Part shown: piece after piece, positions 11,265-21,738 of the stretch
Numbering within the stretch: position 1 is the stretch's first letter
Layout: the number at the start of each line of letters is the position of its first letter
Assembly (NCBI RefSeq): GCF_000012905.2
Contig: NC_007493.2
Location: 1,800,001-1,832,000 of the forward strand
Source: Cereibacter sphaeroides 2.4.1
GTDB lineage: Bacteria; Pseudomonadota; Alphaproteobacteria; Rhodobacterales; Rhodobacteraceae
Length of the DNA: 32,000 nucleotides
Direction of reading: 5' to 3'
Program-made: the position numbers and the translations under genes
The notes under the pieces: model-generated
What the model was told of the DNA's origin: nothing
What the model saw: the letters and a program-made list of their open reading frames with translations, nothing else
Databases searched by the model: none

Positions 11265-11875
11265 TTCGGCACCTCGCCCGGCCGGGTCTCGCTGAGCTTC
11301 GCCTCGCCCGCGAGCAGTTCGCCTTCGCGCTCGGCCGCCTCATGGGCCGAGATGAAGGGCGCAGGATCCGGGATGAGGCCCCGCATCACGGCAATCTTCT
11401 TGATGATCTCGGACAGGCCCTGCAGGGCGAGGAGGAAGAAGCCTATCAGGAGCAGCGACTTGGCGGGCCAGATCGTCAGGCCGCCCGCGTTGTTCGAGAT
11501 CTCGCCCGTCCTCCAGGACCGTTCGACGTAGGGGCCGAGGTAATAGAGCATCAGCAGCACGAAGGGCATGAGGAAGACCAGATGCCCGAAGAGGTCGATC
11601 CAGTGCTGCACCCGCCGCGAGAAGAGCCCGTAGACGATGTCGATGCGGATATGCTCGTTCTGCTTGAGCGTGTAGGCCGCCGCGAACAGGAAGGCCGCGC
11701 CGAACAGATACCATTGAAGCTCGAGCCAGGCGTTGGAAGAGGTGTTCAGCACCTTCCGCACCGTGGCGTTGCCTGCGCTGATGAAGATCGCGATCAGGAT
11801 CAGCCAGGATACCCCGCGGCCGATGAGCTCGTTCATGCGGTCGATCGACCGCGACAGGCCGAGTAGCCCTCCCAT
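11261..11875 (-). CDS. TRAP transporter small permease (DctQ family, COG4665 subgroup)
   Basis: I trimmed the track ORF 11261..12154 to the ATG at 11875, with SD GGGAGG 5 nt upstream, giving 204 aa. It has a four-TM DctQ-like profile and is translationally coupled to the large permease. Confidence 0.8.
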   Translation of the reverse strand: MGGLLGLSRSIDRMNELIGRGVSWLILIAIFISAGNATVRKVLNTSSNAWLELQWYLFGAAFLFAAAYTLKQNEHIRIDIVYGLFSRRVQHWIDLFGHLVFLMPFVLLMLYYLGPYVERSWRTGEISNNAGGLTIWPAKSLLLIGFFLLALQGLSEIIKKIAVMRGLIPDPAPFISAHEAAEREGELLAGEAKLSETRPGEVPK

Positions 11876-12140
11876 GTTCCTCCCTCTCCCCGGTTTCATT
11901 GTGGAAAAGTGCCGGTTCCCGGGGCTACCTATGTCGAAGCCCCCCCATGCGTCAATGCGCGGACCCGTCCCGCGCCCTGCGGAAAGCCGCATTTCGCCGG
12001 CCGGAGGCGGGCGGCGACCGGCGCCGTCCAATCCTTGGGCGGGCGTGGGAGGGCCCGGGCGCCAGTCGTGGGGGGGGCGCGACGTCTTGGCGCAGACCAT
12101 TCGCCTTTTGCGTGCGGCATCAAGGCCTATCTGAGAATTT

Positions 12141-12154
12141 CTGATGCAGATCAA
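12141..12154 (+). promoter_or_regulatory. FNR/FnrL-type binding site upstream of nuoA
   Basis: CTGAT-GCAG-ATCAA matches 9 of 10 positions of the TTGAT-N4-ATCAA consensus. A GGTAAT -10-like hexamer lies at 12176-12181. This would put the site near -41.5 relative to a start at about 12189, which is class II geometry. Confidence 0.45.
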
Positions 12155-12261
12155 GGCGCCTGGGCCACACGAATGGGTAATCAGCGGATGATAGAGACGG
12201 GCAGGACGGGGCCGAAGGCCTTCCTCGACAGCCTGTTTCCCGCCCGGAAGGACGCAAGACC

Positions 12262-12648
12262 ATGCTCGACCTGATGAACAGCCTCGATCCGCGGGCCGCC
12301 CTCGGTCTGCACCTCGGCATCGTGGCGGTGACGGTGGCCGGGATCCTTCTGGTGGCAGGCCTCCTGCGCGAGCCCTCCCGCGACGGCTTCGGCACCTACG
12401 AGAGCGGCGCGCCCGTGGGGGCCCCTCCGCGGGGCCGGGTCGCCACGCAGTATTTCCTCGTGGCCGTCTTCTTCATGATCTTCGACGTCGAGGTGGCGGT
12501 GCTCTTCGCCTGGGCGGTGTCCGCGCTCGACCTCGGCAGGGGCGCGCTCGTCGCCGCCACCATCTTCATCCTCGTGCTGCTCGCCGCCCTCGCCTGGCTC
12601 TGGATGGAGGGCGCGCTCGAGACCGGACCGCGGAAGGAACGGGCATGA
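12262..12648 (+). CDS. nuoA: NADH:quinone oxidoreductase subunit A
   Basis: 128 aa with 3 TM segments and the conserved core YESG..P.G....R....YFLVA..F.IFD.E. It is the first gene of the nuo cluster. An alternative ATG lies 4 codons downstream. Confidence 0.88.
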   Translation: MLDLMNSLDPRAALGLHLGIVAVTVAGILLVAGLLREPSRDGFGTYESGAPVGAPPRGRVATQYFLVAVFFMIFDVEVAVLFAWAVSALDLGRGALVAATIFILVLLAALAWLWMEGALETGPRKERA

Positions 12649-13262
12649 GCTGGACCATCGGGCGCCCCGATGCGGAGGCGCCGGAGGACCGCATGGCGGC
12701 CTCGCACCTTTTCACGCGGCTCGACGATCTGGTGGCCTGGTCGCGCAAGCACAGCCTCTGGCCGTTCAACTTCGGGCTCAGCTGCTGCTATGTCGAGATG
12801 GCGACGGCGCTGACGCCGGTCTACGACCAGGCCCGCTTCGGGGCCGAGGTCATCCGCTCCACCCCGCGGCAGGCCGACCTCCTGATCGTGTCGGGCACCG
12901 TCTTCCGCAAGATGGCCGTGCCGCTCTACCGGCTCTACAGCCAGATGCGCGAGCCGCGCTGGGTGATCTCGATGGGCGCCTGCGCCAATTCGGGCGGCAT
13001 GTATGACATCTATTCCGTGGTGCAGGGCGTCGACAGCTTCCTCCCCGTCGATGTCTATGTCCCCGGCTGCCCGCCGCGCCCCGAGGCGCTGATGGAGGCG
13101 CTGGTGCTCCTGCAGTCGAAGATCGCGACCGAGGCGCGGCCGCTGCAGATCCGCATGGGAGAGACCGGCCCCGCCCGGCCCTTCGACCCGGTCCCGCGGC
13201 GCGACGCCCTGCGCGAGGCGCGCATGGCCGTCACCCGACTGGCAGATCCGGAGGCGACATGA
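12645..13262 (+). CDS. nuoB: NADH:quinone oxidoreductase subunit B (N2 cluster)
   Basis: 205 aa with motifs [19 protein letters not shown] and [12 protein letters not shown] overlap with nuoA. Confidence 0.93.
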
Positions 13263-15001
13263 GCCTCGATCAAGCCATCCCCGAGGCGCTTCAGGCGCTG
13301 CGCACCCGTTTCGGTGCCGCGGTTCGGGCCGAGCAGGCCACGGGCGAGGCGTTCCCGGTGCTCTGGCTCGATGCCTCGGTCTGGGAGGCGGCGCACCGCT
13401 TCCTGCGCGAGGAGATCGCGGCGCCCTTCCCGCTGCTGGCCGATCTCTGGGCCATCGACGAGAGCCTCCGGCAGCATCGCACAGGCCAGCCCGCCTCGCG
13501 GATCACGCTCTGCTCGCATCTCGTGTCGCTGGTGCGGAACGCGGACCTGAGGCTGAAGCTCGCCACCGACGGCCGCGCGCCCTCGATCGCCGGGGTCTAT
13601 GCCAATGCCGACTGGTACGAGCGCGAGGCGCACGACATGTTCGGCCTCGACTTCGGCCGCGAGACGCGCCGGATCCTGATGCCGCCGACATGGGAGGGGC
13701 ATCCGCTCCTCAAGACCCATTACGCGCGGGCGACCGAGAAACCGCCCTTCGTGCTGACCGACCGGCTGTTCGAGGCCGAGGAGCGCGCGACGATCACCGA
13801 CCCCGACCTGCTCGGCCTGCCGAAGCTGCGCGACGGCGAGGAGCTGATGGTGCTGAACTTCGGCCCGCATCACCCCTCGACCCATGGCGTGTTACGCATC
13901 CTCCTCGGCCTCGACGGCGAGGAGGTGGTCTGGGCCTGGCCCGACATCGGCTATCACCACCGCGGCGCGGAGAAGATGGCCGAGCGCCAGACCTGGCACG
14001 GGTTCATCCCCTATTGCGACCGGATCGACTATCTGGGCGGCGTGATCTCGGAGCTGCCCTACCTTCTCGCGGTCGAGCGGCTCTGCGGCATCGCCGTGCC
14101 GCCCCGCGCGCAGATGATCCGGGTCATGCTCTGCGAATTCTACCGCATCATGAACCATCTGCTGTTCTACGGCACCATGGCGCAGGACGTGGGCGCCATG
14201 TCGCCGGTCTTCTACATGTTCACGGACCGCGAGAAGGGCCACGAGATCCTGAACGCCATCACCGGCGCGCGGATGCATCCGGCCTTCTTCCGCATCGGCG
14301 GCGTGGCGATGGATCTGCCCGACGGTTGGGACGCGATGGTGCGCGGCTTCCTCGACTGGATGCCCGCGCGGCTCGACGAATACGAACGGATGGTGCTGCG
14401 CTCCGAGCTGTTCCGAGCCCGCACCGTGGGCGTCGGCGCCTATGACACCGACACCGCCCTCACATGGGGCACCACCGGCCCCGGCCTCCGCGCCACCGGC
14501 TGCGACTGGGATCTGCGCAAGCTGCGGCCCTATTCCGGCTACGAGCAGTTCGACTTCGAGGTGCCGCTGGGCCAGCGCGGAGACATCTTCGACCGCACGC
14601 GGGTGCGCGCCGACGAGATGAGAGAGTCTCTCAAGATCATCCGCCAATGTCTTGAGAACATGCCGGAAGGCCCCGTGAAGGCCGACCATCCGCTGACGAC
14701 GCCGCCCCCCCGCGGCGCGATGCAGAAGGACATCGAGACGCTGATCGCCCATTTCCTGCAGTCGAGCTGGGGCACCGTCGTTCCCGCCGGCGAGGCCACG
14801 GGCCAGATCGAGGGCCACCGCGGCCTCACGCAATATGCCATCGTCTCGGATGGCGGCACGCAGAGCTACCGGACGCGGATCCGCACGCCCTCCTTCGCCC
14901 ATCTCCAGATGATCCCGAAGATCGTGCCCGGCATGACCGTGGCCGACCTCGTGGCCCATATCGCCAGCATCGATTTCGTCATGTCGGACGTCGACCGATG
15001 A
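13259..15001 (+). CDS. nuoCD: Fused NADH:quinone oxidoreductase subunit C/D
   Basis: 580-aa single ORF. The N-terminal NuoC part contains [14 protein letters not shown]. The C-terminal NuoD part contains [15 protein letters not shown] and [13 protein letters not shown] overlaps on both sides. Confidence 0.93.
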
Positions 15002-15471
15002 GCCTTTCGCCCGATCTTCTCGCCCGCATCCGCGCCGCCTCGGACGAGCATGGCGGCCCCCGTGCCGCGATGCTCGAGGCGCTGAAGCTGATCCAGCACG
15101 AGCACGGCTGGGTGTCGGATCCGCATCTGGCGGAAGCGGCGGCGACGCTCGGCGTGCATCGCGCGGAAATGGAAGCGCTGGCGAGCTTCTACTCGCTGAT
15201 CTTCCGCCATCCGGTCGGGCGGACGGTGATCCTGCTCTGCGACGGCGCCTCCTGCTGGCTGAACGGCGCCGAGGAGGTCCGCGAGGAGCTGAAACGCCGC
15301 CTCGGCATCGGCTTCGGCGAGACCACGGCCGATGGGCGCTACACGCTGCTGAACGTGGCCTGCCTCGGCGGCTGCGACCGTGCGCCCGCGGCCGTCGTGG
15401 GCCGCGACCGGCAGCTCGTGGGCCCGCTCTCGCCCGCGGGCGTCGCGGCCCTGCTGGAGGACGGATTGTGA
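14998..15471 (+). CDS. nuoE: NADH:quinone oxidoreductase subunit E (2Fe-2S N1a)
   Basis: 157 aa with a thioredoxin-like ferredoxin pattern: C-x4-C (CDGASC) and C-x3-C (CLGGC). Confidence 0.9.
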
Positions 15472-16718
15472 CCGACCTGCCCCTCACCGGCCGGGCCCGC
15501 CCCGACCGCCGTCCGCACACGCTCGCCGAATGGCGGGCCGAGGGCGGCTACGAGGCGGTGGATCGCGCGCGAAGCATGGCGCCCGCCGAGATCATCGACA
15601 TGGTCGAGGCCGCGCATCTGAACGGCCGCGGCGGCGCGGGCTTCCCCGCGGGGCGCAAGTGGCGCTTCATGCCCGAGCGCGGGACCTCTCCCGGCGAGGG
15701 CCCGAGCTATCTGATCGTCAACGGCGACGAGATGGAGCCCGGCGCCTTCAAGGACCGCTTCCTGCTGGAAGCCCTGCCGCATCAGGTGATCGAGGGCGCG
15801 ATCATCACCGCCCGCGCCACCCATGCGGACGAAGCGATCGTGCTCATCCGCGACGAATACCGCCCCGGCATCGCCGCCGTGGAGCGTGCCATTCACGAAG
15901 CGCGGGATGCGGGCCTTCTGGGCGACCTCGCGATCCGCGTCCACCCCTCGGCCGGCCGCTACATCGTGGGCGAAGAGACCGCGCTCATCACCGCGCTGGA
16001 AGGCCACCGCGCCGTGCCGAGGAAGCGCCCGCCCTTCCCGGCGCAATCGGGGCTCTGGGGCCGGCCCACCACGGTGAACAACGTCGAGACCATCTCGCTC
16101 GTCCCCCATATCCTGTCGCTCGGGCCGCAGCGGTTCCGCGCCCTGTCGCGCACGGAAGAGGGCGGCACCAAGCTCTACGGCGTCTCGGGCCGGGTGAAGC
16201 GCCCGGGCCTCTTCGAGGCACCGATGGGCACCACCGCGCGCGAACTGATCGAGCGCGCGGGCGGCGTCTCGGGCGACGGGCAGCTCCGCGCCTTCCAGCC
16301 CGGCGGCGGCGCCAGCGGCTTCTTCGGCCCCGACCGGCTCGACCTGCCGCTCGACTTCGGCCATGTGGCGAAAGCGGGCTCGATGTTCGGCACGGGCATG
16401 CTGATCGTGCTCGACGGCACCGCCTGCCCGGTGGGCTTCCTCGCCCGGCACATGCGGTTCTATGCGCGCGAAAGCTGCGGTTGGTGCACCCCCTGCCGCG
16501 AGGGGCTGCCGCTGGTGGCGAAGATCCTCGACCGGTTCGCCGCGGGTCAGGGCCGCCGCGCGGATCTGGAGCTGTTGCAGATGACCGCCGCCGAGGCCGC
16601 CCCGCGCGGGCGCAGCTTCTGCGACCTGATGGGGGGCGCCATGGCGCCGCTCGCCTCGGGGCTTTCGATGTTCGCGGCCGAGTTCGAAGCGCGACTGGCC
16701 GAAGGAGAGCGGGCATGA
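15468..16718 (+). CDS. nuoF: NADH:quinone oxidoreductase subunit F (FMN/NADH site, N3)
   Basis: 416 aa with a GTG start in a GTGA overlap. FMN/NADH motifs are GRGGAGFPAGRKW and NGDEMEPGAFKDR, and the N3 motif is ESCGWCTPCREG. Confidence 0.93.
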   Translation: MTDLPLTGRARPDRRPHTLAEWRAEGGYEAVDRARSMAPAEIIDMVEAAHLNGRGGAGFPAGRKWRFMPERGTSPGEGPSYLIVNGDEMEPGAFKDRFLLEALPHQVIEGAIITARATHADEAIVLIRDEYRPGIAAVERAIHEARDAGLLGDLAIRVHPSAGRYIVGEETALITALEGHRAVPRKRPPFPAQSGLWGRPTTVNNVETISLVPHILSLGPQRFRALSRTEEGGTKLYGVSGRVKRPGLFEAPMGTTARELIERAGGVSGDGQLRAFQPGGGASGFFGPDRLDLPLDFGHVAKAGSMFGTGMLIVLDGTACPVGFLARHMRFYARESCGWCTPCREGLPLVAKILDRFAAGQGRRADLELLQMTAAEAAPRGRSFCDLMGGAMAPLASGLSMFAAEFEARLAEGERA

Positions 16719-19297
16719 GGATCACCGTCAACGGCCGCCCGCTCGAGGTCGAGGGCTCGAAGGACCTGCTCACCACCTGTCTTTCGGCGGGCATCGAGAT
16801 CCCGCATTTCTGCTGGCACGGCGATCTGGGCTCGGTCGGCGCCTGCCGGCTCTGCGCGGTGCGGGTGCATGACGGGCCGGAGGATACCGAGGGCCGGATC
16901 GAGATGGCCTGCATGACGCCCGTGCGCGAGGGCCAGCGGATCGAGGTCATGGACCCGGAGGCCGAGCGGTTCCGCGCCCGGATCGTCGAATGGCTGATGG
17001 TGAACCACCCCCACGATTGCGCGGTCTGCGAGGAAGGCGGCGCCTGCCACCTGCAGGACATGGTGGTGGCTTCGGGCCACCATCGCCGGCGCGCCGAGGT
17101 GGCGAAGCGCACCCACCGCAATCGGGATCACGGGCCGTTCCTCACGCAGGAGATGAACCGCTGCATCGGCTGCTACCGCTGCCTCCGCTTCTACCGCGAC
17201 TATGCGGGCGGGCGCGATTTCGAGGTGCTGGGCGCCCATGACCGGGTCTGGTTCGGCCGCACAGAGCCCGGCGCGCTCGACAGCCCCTTCGCCGGCAACC
17301 TCGCCGAGGTCTGCCCCACCGGCGTCTTCGACGACCGCTGGTGGTCGCGCCACTACGCGCGGCCCTGGGACATGGCCGAGACGCCCTCGATCTGCGCGAA
17401 CTGCGCGGTTGGCTGCAACATCACCCTCTTCGAGCGCGGCGGAACGCTCCGCAAGGTGCAGAACCGCACGCATGGCGCGATCAACGGCTCGTTCCTCTGC
17501 GACCGGGGCCGGTTCGGGGCGCTCGCGGCCGAGGCGGCCCGTCCGACCCATCCCACCCGCAAGGGCGCCGGGATCCTCTGGACCGAGGCCATTGAGGCCG
17601 CCCGCGCCCTCGTCGCGCGGGGGGCCATCGGCATCGGCTCACCCCGCGCCTGTCTCGAGACCAATTTCGCGCTGCGCAGGCTCGTGGGCGAAGACCGGTT
17701 CTTCGCCGGATGCAGCGCGTCCGAGGCGGCGCTGGTGGCCCGGATGGCCGCGATCCTGCGGCAGGGACCGGCGGGGATCGCGGCCATCCGCGACATCGAA
17801 CGGGCCGATGCGGTGCTCGTGCTGGGCGAGGATCTGACCGGCACCGCGCCGCGCGCCGCACTTGCCCTGCGGCAGGCCGCCCGCGGCGCCGAGCGCCGTC
17901 TCGCCGCCGAAAAGGGCGTGCCGGACTGGATGGATGCCGCGGTGCGGGTGGCGGGCGAAGGCCGCCGCTCGCCGGTCGCAGTGGTCACGCCCCTGCCCGA
18001 CGCGCTCGACGAGGTGGCGCTCTGGCCGCTCCGTCGCACGCCGGCCGAGGTGGGCGCCTTCGGGCATGCCGTGGCCGCGGCGCTGCGCGGCGAGGAGGCT
18101 GCACCCGACGCGCGTGCGGTGGCCGAGGCGCTGGTCGCGGCCGAGGTGCCGGTGGTGATCGCGGGGGCGGGCCTCGGCCTCGCCGCTCCGGCCGAGGCTG
18201 CGGCCGCCGTCGCCGCGGCGCTGGGTGCGCGCGCGCGGATCGCGCTCTTCCCGCCCGAGGCGGGCAGCCTCGGTCTGGCCCTGCTGGGCGGCACTGGGCT
18301 CGAACGGGCGGTGGCCGAGCTCGAGGCCGAGCCGCGCCCCGTGATCCTGCTCGATGCCTCCCTGCCCGACCGTGCGCCGGCCGAACTCGTCGAGCGGCTG
18401 ATGGCCGCCGCGACCGAGGTGATGCTGCTCGACTGGCTCGACGGGCCGCTCGCGCCGCAGGCGGATCTCCTGCTGCCGGTCACGGCGCCGGCCGAGACCT
18501 CCGGCACCTACATCAACCACGAGGGCCGTGCGCAGCGGTTCTTCACCGGCCGCCCGTCCGAGCTGGTTCCGGCCTGGCGGCTGCTCGCGCCGCTCTGCGG
18601 AGCGACCGAGACGACGCTCGACGAGATCCTCGCCGCGCTGGCGCACGATTGCCCGGATCTGGCGGCGGTCTGCGACGCGGCCCCCGGGGCCGGGGGCGCG
18701 CCAGTCGCGCGGCTTCCGGCCCGCGCCTCGGGGCGCACCGCCTTCGATCTGGCGGGCCGCCTGCCCGAGGGCCAGCCGCGCGCGGATGCGGAGTCCGCGC
18801 TGGTCTGGTCGATGGAAGGCGCGCAGGGGCTGGAGGTGCCGCCCGCACTTCGGACCCGCGCCGATCGTCCGGGGCTGCATTCGGCGAGCAGCGCATGGCT
18901 CGGCACCGAGGGCGTGGGCGGGCCGGTCCGCGGCGGCGATCCCGGGGTGCATCTGTTCGCAGAGGGCGGCTCAGGGGCGATCCATGCCGGACGGGGCACG
19001 CCGCTCGAGGATCTGCCGGGCGAGGGCTTCCGCCTCCTGCCGCTCCACGACCCCTTCTCCGCCAGTTCCGCCGACCGGGCGAGCCCGCCGCTTGCCGAGC
19101 GCGCGTCCGCGCCGAGGCTCCTCCTCCATCCCGAGGATGCGGCCGCCCTCGGCGCGGCAGAGGGCGCGCGGCTTCTGATCGACGGGACCGCGGCCCCCGC
19201 GCCGCTTTCGCTCGATCCGTCGGTGCCGCGCGGGCATCTGGCGCTCTCGGGCGCGCGATCCCATGCGCGCTTCGTCACGCTGGAGGTGGCGCGATGA
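16715..19297 (+). CDS. nuoG: NADH:quinone oxidoreductase subunit G
   Basis: I trimmed track ORF 15380..19297 to the ATG at 16715 (ATGA overlap with nuoF), giving 860 aa. Cysteine patterns: N1b C-x10-C-x2-C...C, N5 H-x3-C-x2-C-x5-C, N4 CIGCYRC...CP, and the extra N7 pattern CANCAVGC...C. An Ala-rich molybdopterin-oxidoreductase-like domain follows. Confidence 0.9.
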   Translation: MRITVNGRPLEVEGSKDLLTTCLSAGIEIPHFCWHGDLGSVGACRLCAVRVHDGPEDTEGRIEMACMTPVREGQRIEVMDPEAERFRARIVEWLMVNHPHDCAVCEEGGACHLQDMVVASGHHRRRAEVAKRTHRNRDHGPFLTQEMNRCIGCYRCLRFYRDYAGGRDFEVLGAHDRVWFGRTEPGALDSPFAGNLAEVCPTGVFDDRWWSRHYARPWDMAETPSICANCAVGCNITLFERGGTLRKVQNRTHGAINGSFLCDRGRFGALAAEAARPTHPTRKGAGILWTEAIEAARALVARGAIGIGSPRACLETNFALRRLVGEDRFFAGCSASEAALVARMAAILRQGPAGIAAIRDIERADAVLVLGEDLTGTAPRAALALRQAARGAERRLAAEKGVPDWMDAAVRVAGEGRRSPVAVVTPLPDALDEVALWPLRRTPAEVGAFGHAVAAALRGEEAAPDARAVAEALVAAEVPVVIAGAGLGLAAPAEAAAAVAAALGARARIALFPPEAGSLGLALLGGTGLERAVAELEAEPRPVILLDASLPDRAPAELVERLMAAATEVMLLDWLDGPLAPQADLLLPVTAPAETSGTYINHEGRAQRFFTGRPSELVPAWRLLAPLCGATETTLDEILAALAHDCPDLAAVCDAAPGAGGAPVARLPARASGRTAFDLAGRLPEGQPRADAESALVWSMEGAQGLEVPPALRTRADRPGLHSASSAWLGTEGVGGPVRGGDPGVHLFAEGGSGAIHAGRGTPLEDLPGEGFRLLPLHDPFSASSADRASPPLAERASAPRLLLHPEDAAALGAAEGARLLIDGTAAPAPLSLDPSVPRGHLALSGARSHARFVTLEVAR

Positions 19298-19497
19298 GTG
19301 CAGGACTCTTCCTCCGAGCGCCCTTGCCGGCACGGGCCCACCCCGCCCGGACATCGAGCCCCGGACTCGATGGCCTTTCCGCGCCCGCCCCCCTCGCAAC
19401 AAGGGACGGCGTCCGATCCCTCCCCGCGCGAGGCCGGGCCGTCCCGACGGATGCCGCCCCCCCGAACCGAGCCGGCACCGCGGAGGGTCGGGCATGA
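19294..19497 (+). CDS. Hypothetical 67-codon ORF filling the nuoG-nuoH spacer (possible coupling ORF or small protein)
   Basis: The ATG at 19294 overlaps the nuoG stop (ATGA) and is preceded by GGAGGT 5 nt upstream. Its TGA at 19495-19497 overlaps the nuoH ATG (ATGA). The product is Pro/Ala/Arg-rich with no TM segment. Third-position GC is about 75% and does not distinguish this frame from the other forward frame tested, so coding status is uncertain. Confidence 0.25.
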   Translation: MSAGLFLRAPLPARAHPARTSSPGLDGLSAPAPLATRDGVRSLPARGRAVPTDAAPPNRAGTAEGRA

Positions 19498-20450
19498 GCG
19501 TCCTTCTGATCGCCCTCTTCTCGCTGATCCTGCTGCTGGCGCTTCTCGGAGCGGCGGGCGTCTTCACCTGGGGCGAACGGCGGCTTCTGGGCTTCCTGCA
19601 GGAGCGGCTCGGGCCGAACCGCGTGGGGCCCTTCGGCTTCCTGCAATGGGTGGCCGACACGCTGAAGCTCCTCACCAAGGAGGATGCGCCACCGGCCGGC
19701 GCCGATCTCGCGGCCTACCGGCTCGCGCCGGCGCTCGCGGCCTTCCCGATGCTTGCGGGCTTCGGCGTGGTGGCCTTCGCCCCCCGCCTCGTGATCTCGG
19801 ACCTCGACGTGGGCGTGCTCTTCGTCATGGGGATGCTCGCGCTGACCGTCTGGGCGCTGGTGCTGGGCGCCTGGGGCTCGCGCAACCGCTATGCGATGCT
19901 GGGCGGCCTGCGGGCGGCCGCGCAGATGCTGGCCTACGAGAGCTTCCTCGGCCTCTCGCTCATGGGCTGCGTGCTGCTCGCGGGCAGCTTCCGCATGGGC
20001 GACATCGTGGCAGCGCAGGAGGGCGGGCTCTGGTTCATCCTGCTTCAACCGCTCGGGGCCGCGCTCTTCTTCCTCGCGGGCCTCGCCGCCGCCCACCGCC
20101 TGCCCTTCGACCTGCAGGAATCCGAGCAGGACCTCGTGGCGGGCTTCATGACGGAATATTCGGGGATGAGCTTCGCGCTCTTCTTCCTCGGCGAATATCT
20201 GGCGATCCTCCTCGTGGCCGCGCTCTTCACCACGCTCTTCCTCGGCGGCTGGGCCGGGCCGATCCTGCCGGGGCCGATCTGGTTCGGGCTGAAGGTGGCC
20301 GCGATCTCGGTCGTCTTCGTCTGGCTGCGCGCGGCCCTGCCGCGCCCGCGCTACGATCAGCTCATCTCCTTTGCCTGGAAGGTGGCGCTGCCGCTGGCGC
20401 TCCTGAACCTCTTGGTCACCGCCTGGATCGCGGTGGGGAGAGCGGCATGA
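19494..20450 (+). CDS. nuoH: NADH:quinone oxidoreductase subunit H
   Basis: I trimmed track ORF 19263..20450 to the ATG at 19494, with SD GGAGGG 6 nt upstream, giving 318 aa. The conserved N-terminal motif is [22 protein letters not shown], and the protein is polytopic. Confidence 0.9.
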   Translation: MSVLLIALFSLILLLALLGAAGVFTWGERRLLGFLQERLGPNRVGPFGFLQWVADTLKLLTKEDAPPAGADLAAYRLAPALAAFPMLAGFGVVAFAPRLVISDLDVGVLFVMGMLALTVWALVLGAWGSRNRYAMLGGLRAAAQMLAYESFLGLSLMGCVLLAGSFRMGDIVAAQEGGLWFILLQPLGAALFFLAGLAAAHRLPFDLQESEQDLVAGFMTEYSGMSFALFFLGEYLAILLVAALFTTLFLGGWAGPILPGPIWFGLKVAAISVVFVWLRAALPRPRYDQLISFAWKVALPLALLNLLVTAWIAVGRAA

Positions 20451-20941
20451 AGGGCATTCTCGACAGCATCCTGCGCGTGGGGCGGATGATCTTCGCGCCC
20501 ACGAAGACCGTGCAATATCCCGAGGAGAAGCTGCCGCTCGCGCCCCGCACCCGCGGCCGGATCGTGCTGACGCGCGACCCCGACGGGCAGGAGCGCTGCG
20601 TGGCCTGCAATCTCTGCGCCGCCGCCTGCCCGGTCGACTGCATCGACGTGGTCAAGGCCGAGACGCCGGACGGGCGCTGGTATCCCGAGAGCTTCCGCAT
20701 CAATTTCGCGCGCTGCATCTTCTGCGGCTATTGCGAGGAGGCCTGCCCCACCTCGGCGATCCAGCTCACCCCGGACGTCGAGCTTGCCGACTACCGCCGC
20801 GGCTTCCTGCAATACGAGAAGGAGGATCTGCTCATTTCCGGTGAAGGCAAGCATCCCGGCTACCGCTACTGGGACGTGGCGGGCAAGGCCATCGCGGGCA
20901 AGGCGCAGGATCCCGTCGATCCGAAGGACCTCTGCCCATGA
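20447..20941 (+). CDS. nuoI: NADH:quinone oxidoreductase subunit I (2x 4Fe-4S)
   Basis: 164 aa with the motifs [12 protein letters not shown] and [16 protein letters not shown] overlap with nuoH. Confidence 0.93.
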   Translation: MKGILDSILRVGRMIFAPTKTVQYPEEKLPLAPRTRGRIVLTRDPDGQERCVACNLCAAACPVDCIDVVKAETPDGRWYPESFRINFARCIFCGYCEEACPTSAIQLTPDVELADYRRGFLQYEKEDLLISGEGKHPGYRYWDVAGKAIAGKAQDPVDPKDLCP

Positions 20942-21432
20942 GCGACCTTGTGGCCGTCTGGTGCGCCTCGGTGGCGCTGGCCTCGGCGATCCTCGCGGTG
21001 ACGCGGCCGGCGATCGTCCATGCGCTGATCTGGCTCGTGGCGGCGCTCCTGTCGCTGGCGGGCAGCTTCTTCGCGCTGGGGGCGAGCTTTGCCGGCGCCG
21101 TCCAGATCCTGATCTATGCGGGCGCCATCGTCGCGGTCTTCGTCTTCGTCGTGATGACGGCGGATGCCTCGCCCGAGGCGCTCGCGCGCGAGCGGGCGCG
21201 GCTCTCCGCGGGCTGGAAACGCCCGGCCGCCGCGGTGGCGCTGGTGGCGGTTCCGCTGGTGCTGGGGCTTCTGACCCGCACCTCGGCCCCGGAGGCCGCA
21301 CCGGCCACGGGCGCCGGGCTCGGCGCGATCCTCTTCGGCCCCTGGGCGCTGGCCGTCGAGGTGGCCTCGGGGCTCCTTCTGGCCGCGCTCATGGGCGCGC
21401 GCCACCTCGGGCGGCGGAGGGAGGAGCCATGA
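20938..21432 (+). CDS. nuoJ: NADH:quinone oxidoreductase subunit J
   Basis: 164-aa hydrophobic ORF in the conserved position, containing the typical [15 protein letters not shown] segment. ATGA overlaps on both sides. Confidence 0.85.
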   Translation: MSDLVAVWCASVALASAILAVTRPAIVHALIWLVAALLSLAGSFFALGASFAGAVQILIYAGAIVAVFVFVVMTADASPEALARERARLSAGWKRPAAAVALVAVPLVLGLLTRTSAPEAAPATGAGLGAILFGPWALAVEVASGLLLAALMGARHLGRRREEP

Positions 21433-21737
21433 GCGTCACGACCCTCATCCTCCTCCTCGCGCTTGCGGGCGGGATCTTCGCCACCGGCTTCTTCGGCCTG
21501 CTGGCCCGGCGCGCGATCCTGTTCCAGCTCATCTCGCTCGAGATGATGCTGGCGGGCCCTGCCCTCGCCTTCCTCGCCGGCGGCGCCTTCCATGGCAGCC
21601 AGCAGGGACAGGCGATGTTCATCCTCATCATCATCCTCGCCGCCGCCGAGGTGGCGCTGGGGCTTGCGCTCTATCTCGCGCTGCGCCGGGGCGCGGATGT
21701 CGAGGACAGCGACACGATCGCGGGGCTGAAGCACTGA
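21429..21737 (+). CDS. nuoK: NADH:quinone oxidoreductase subunit K
   Basis: I trimmed track ORF 20784..21737 to the ATG at 21429, giving 102 aa with 3 TM segments and the conserved membrane glutamates (LISLEMMLAG ... AAAEVALGLAL). Confidence 0.88.
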   Translation: MSVTTLILLLALAGGIFATGFFGLLARRAILFQLISLEMMLAGPALAFLAGGAFHGSQQGQAMFILIIILAAAEVALGLALYLALRRGADVEDSDTIAGLKH

Positions 21738-21738
21738 C

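Noticed and set aside
17710-19293. 595-aa plus-strand ORF (17710..19497) in an alternate frame of nuoG.
   Set aside because: The part inside nuoG is an Arg/Gly-rich shadow frame. Only the last 67 codons, which start at an ATG overlapping the nuoG stop, are considered further (see findings).
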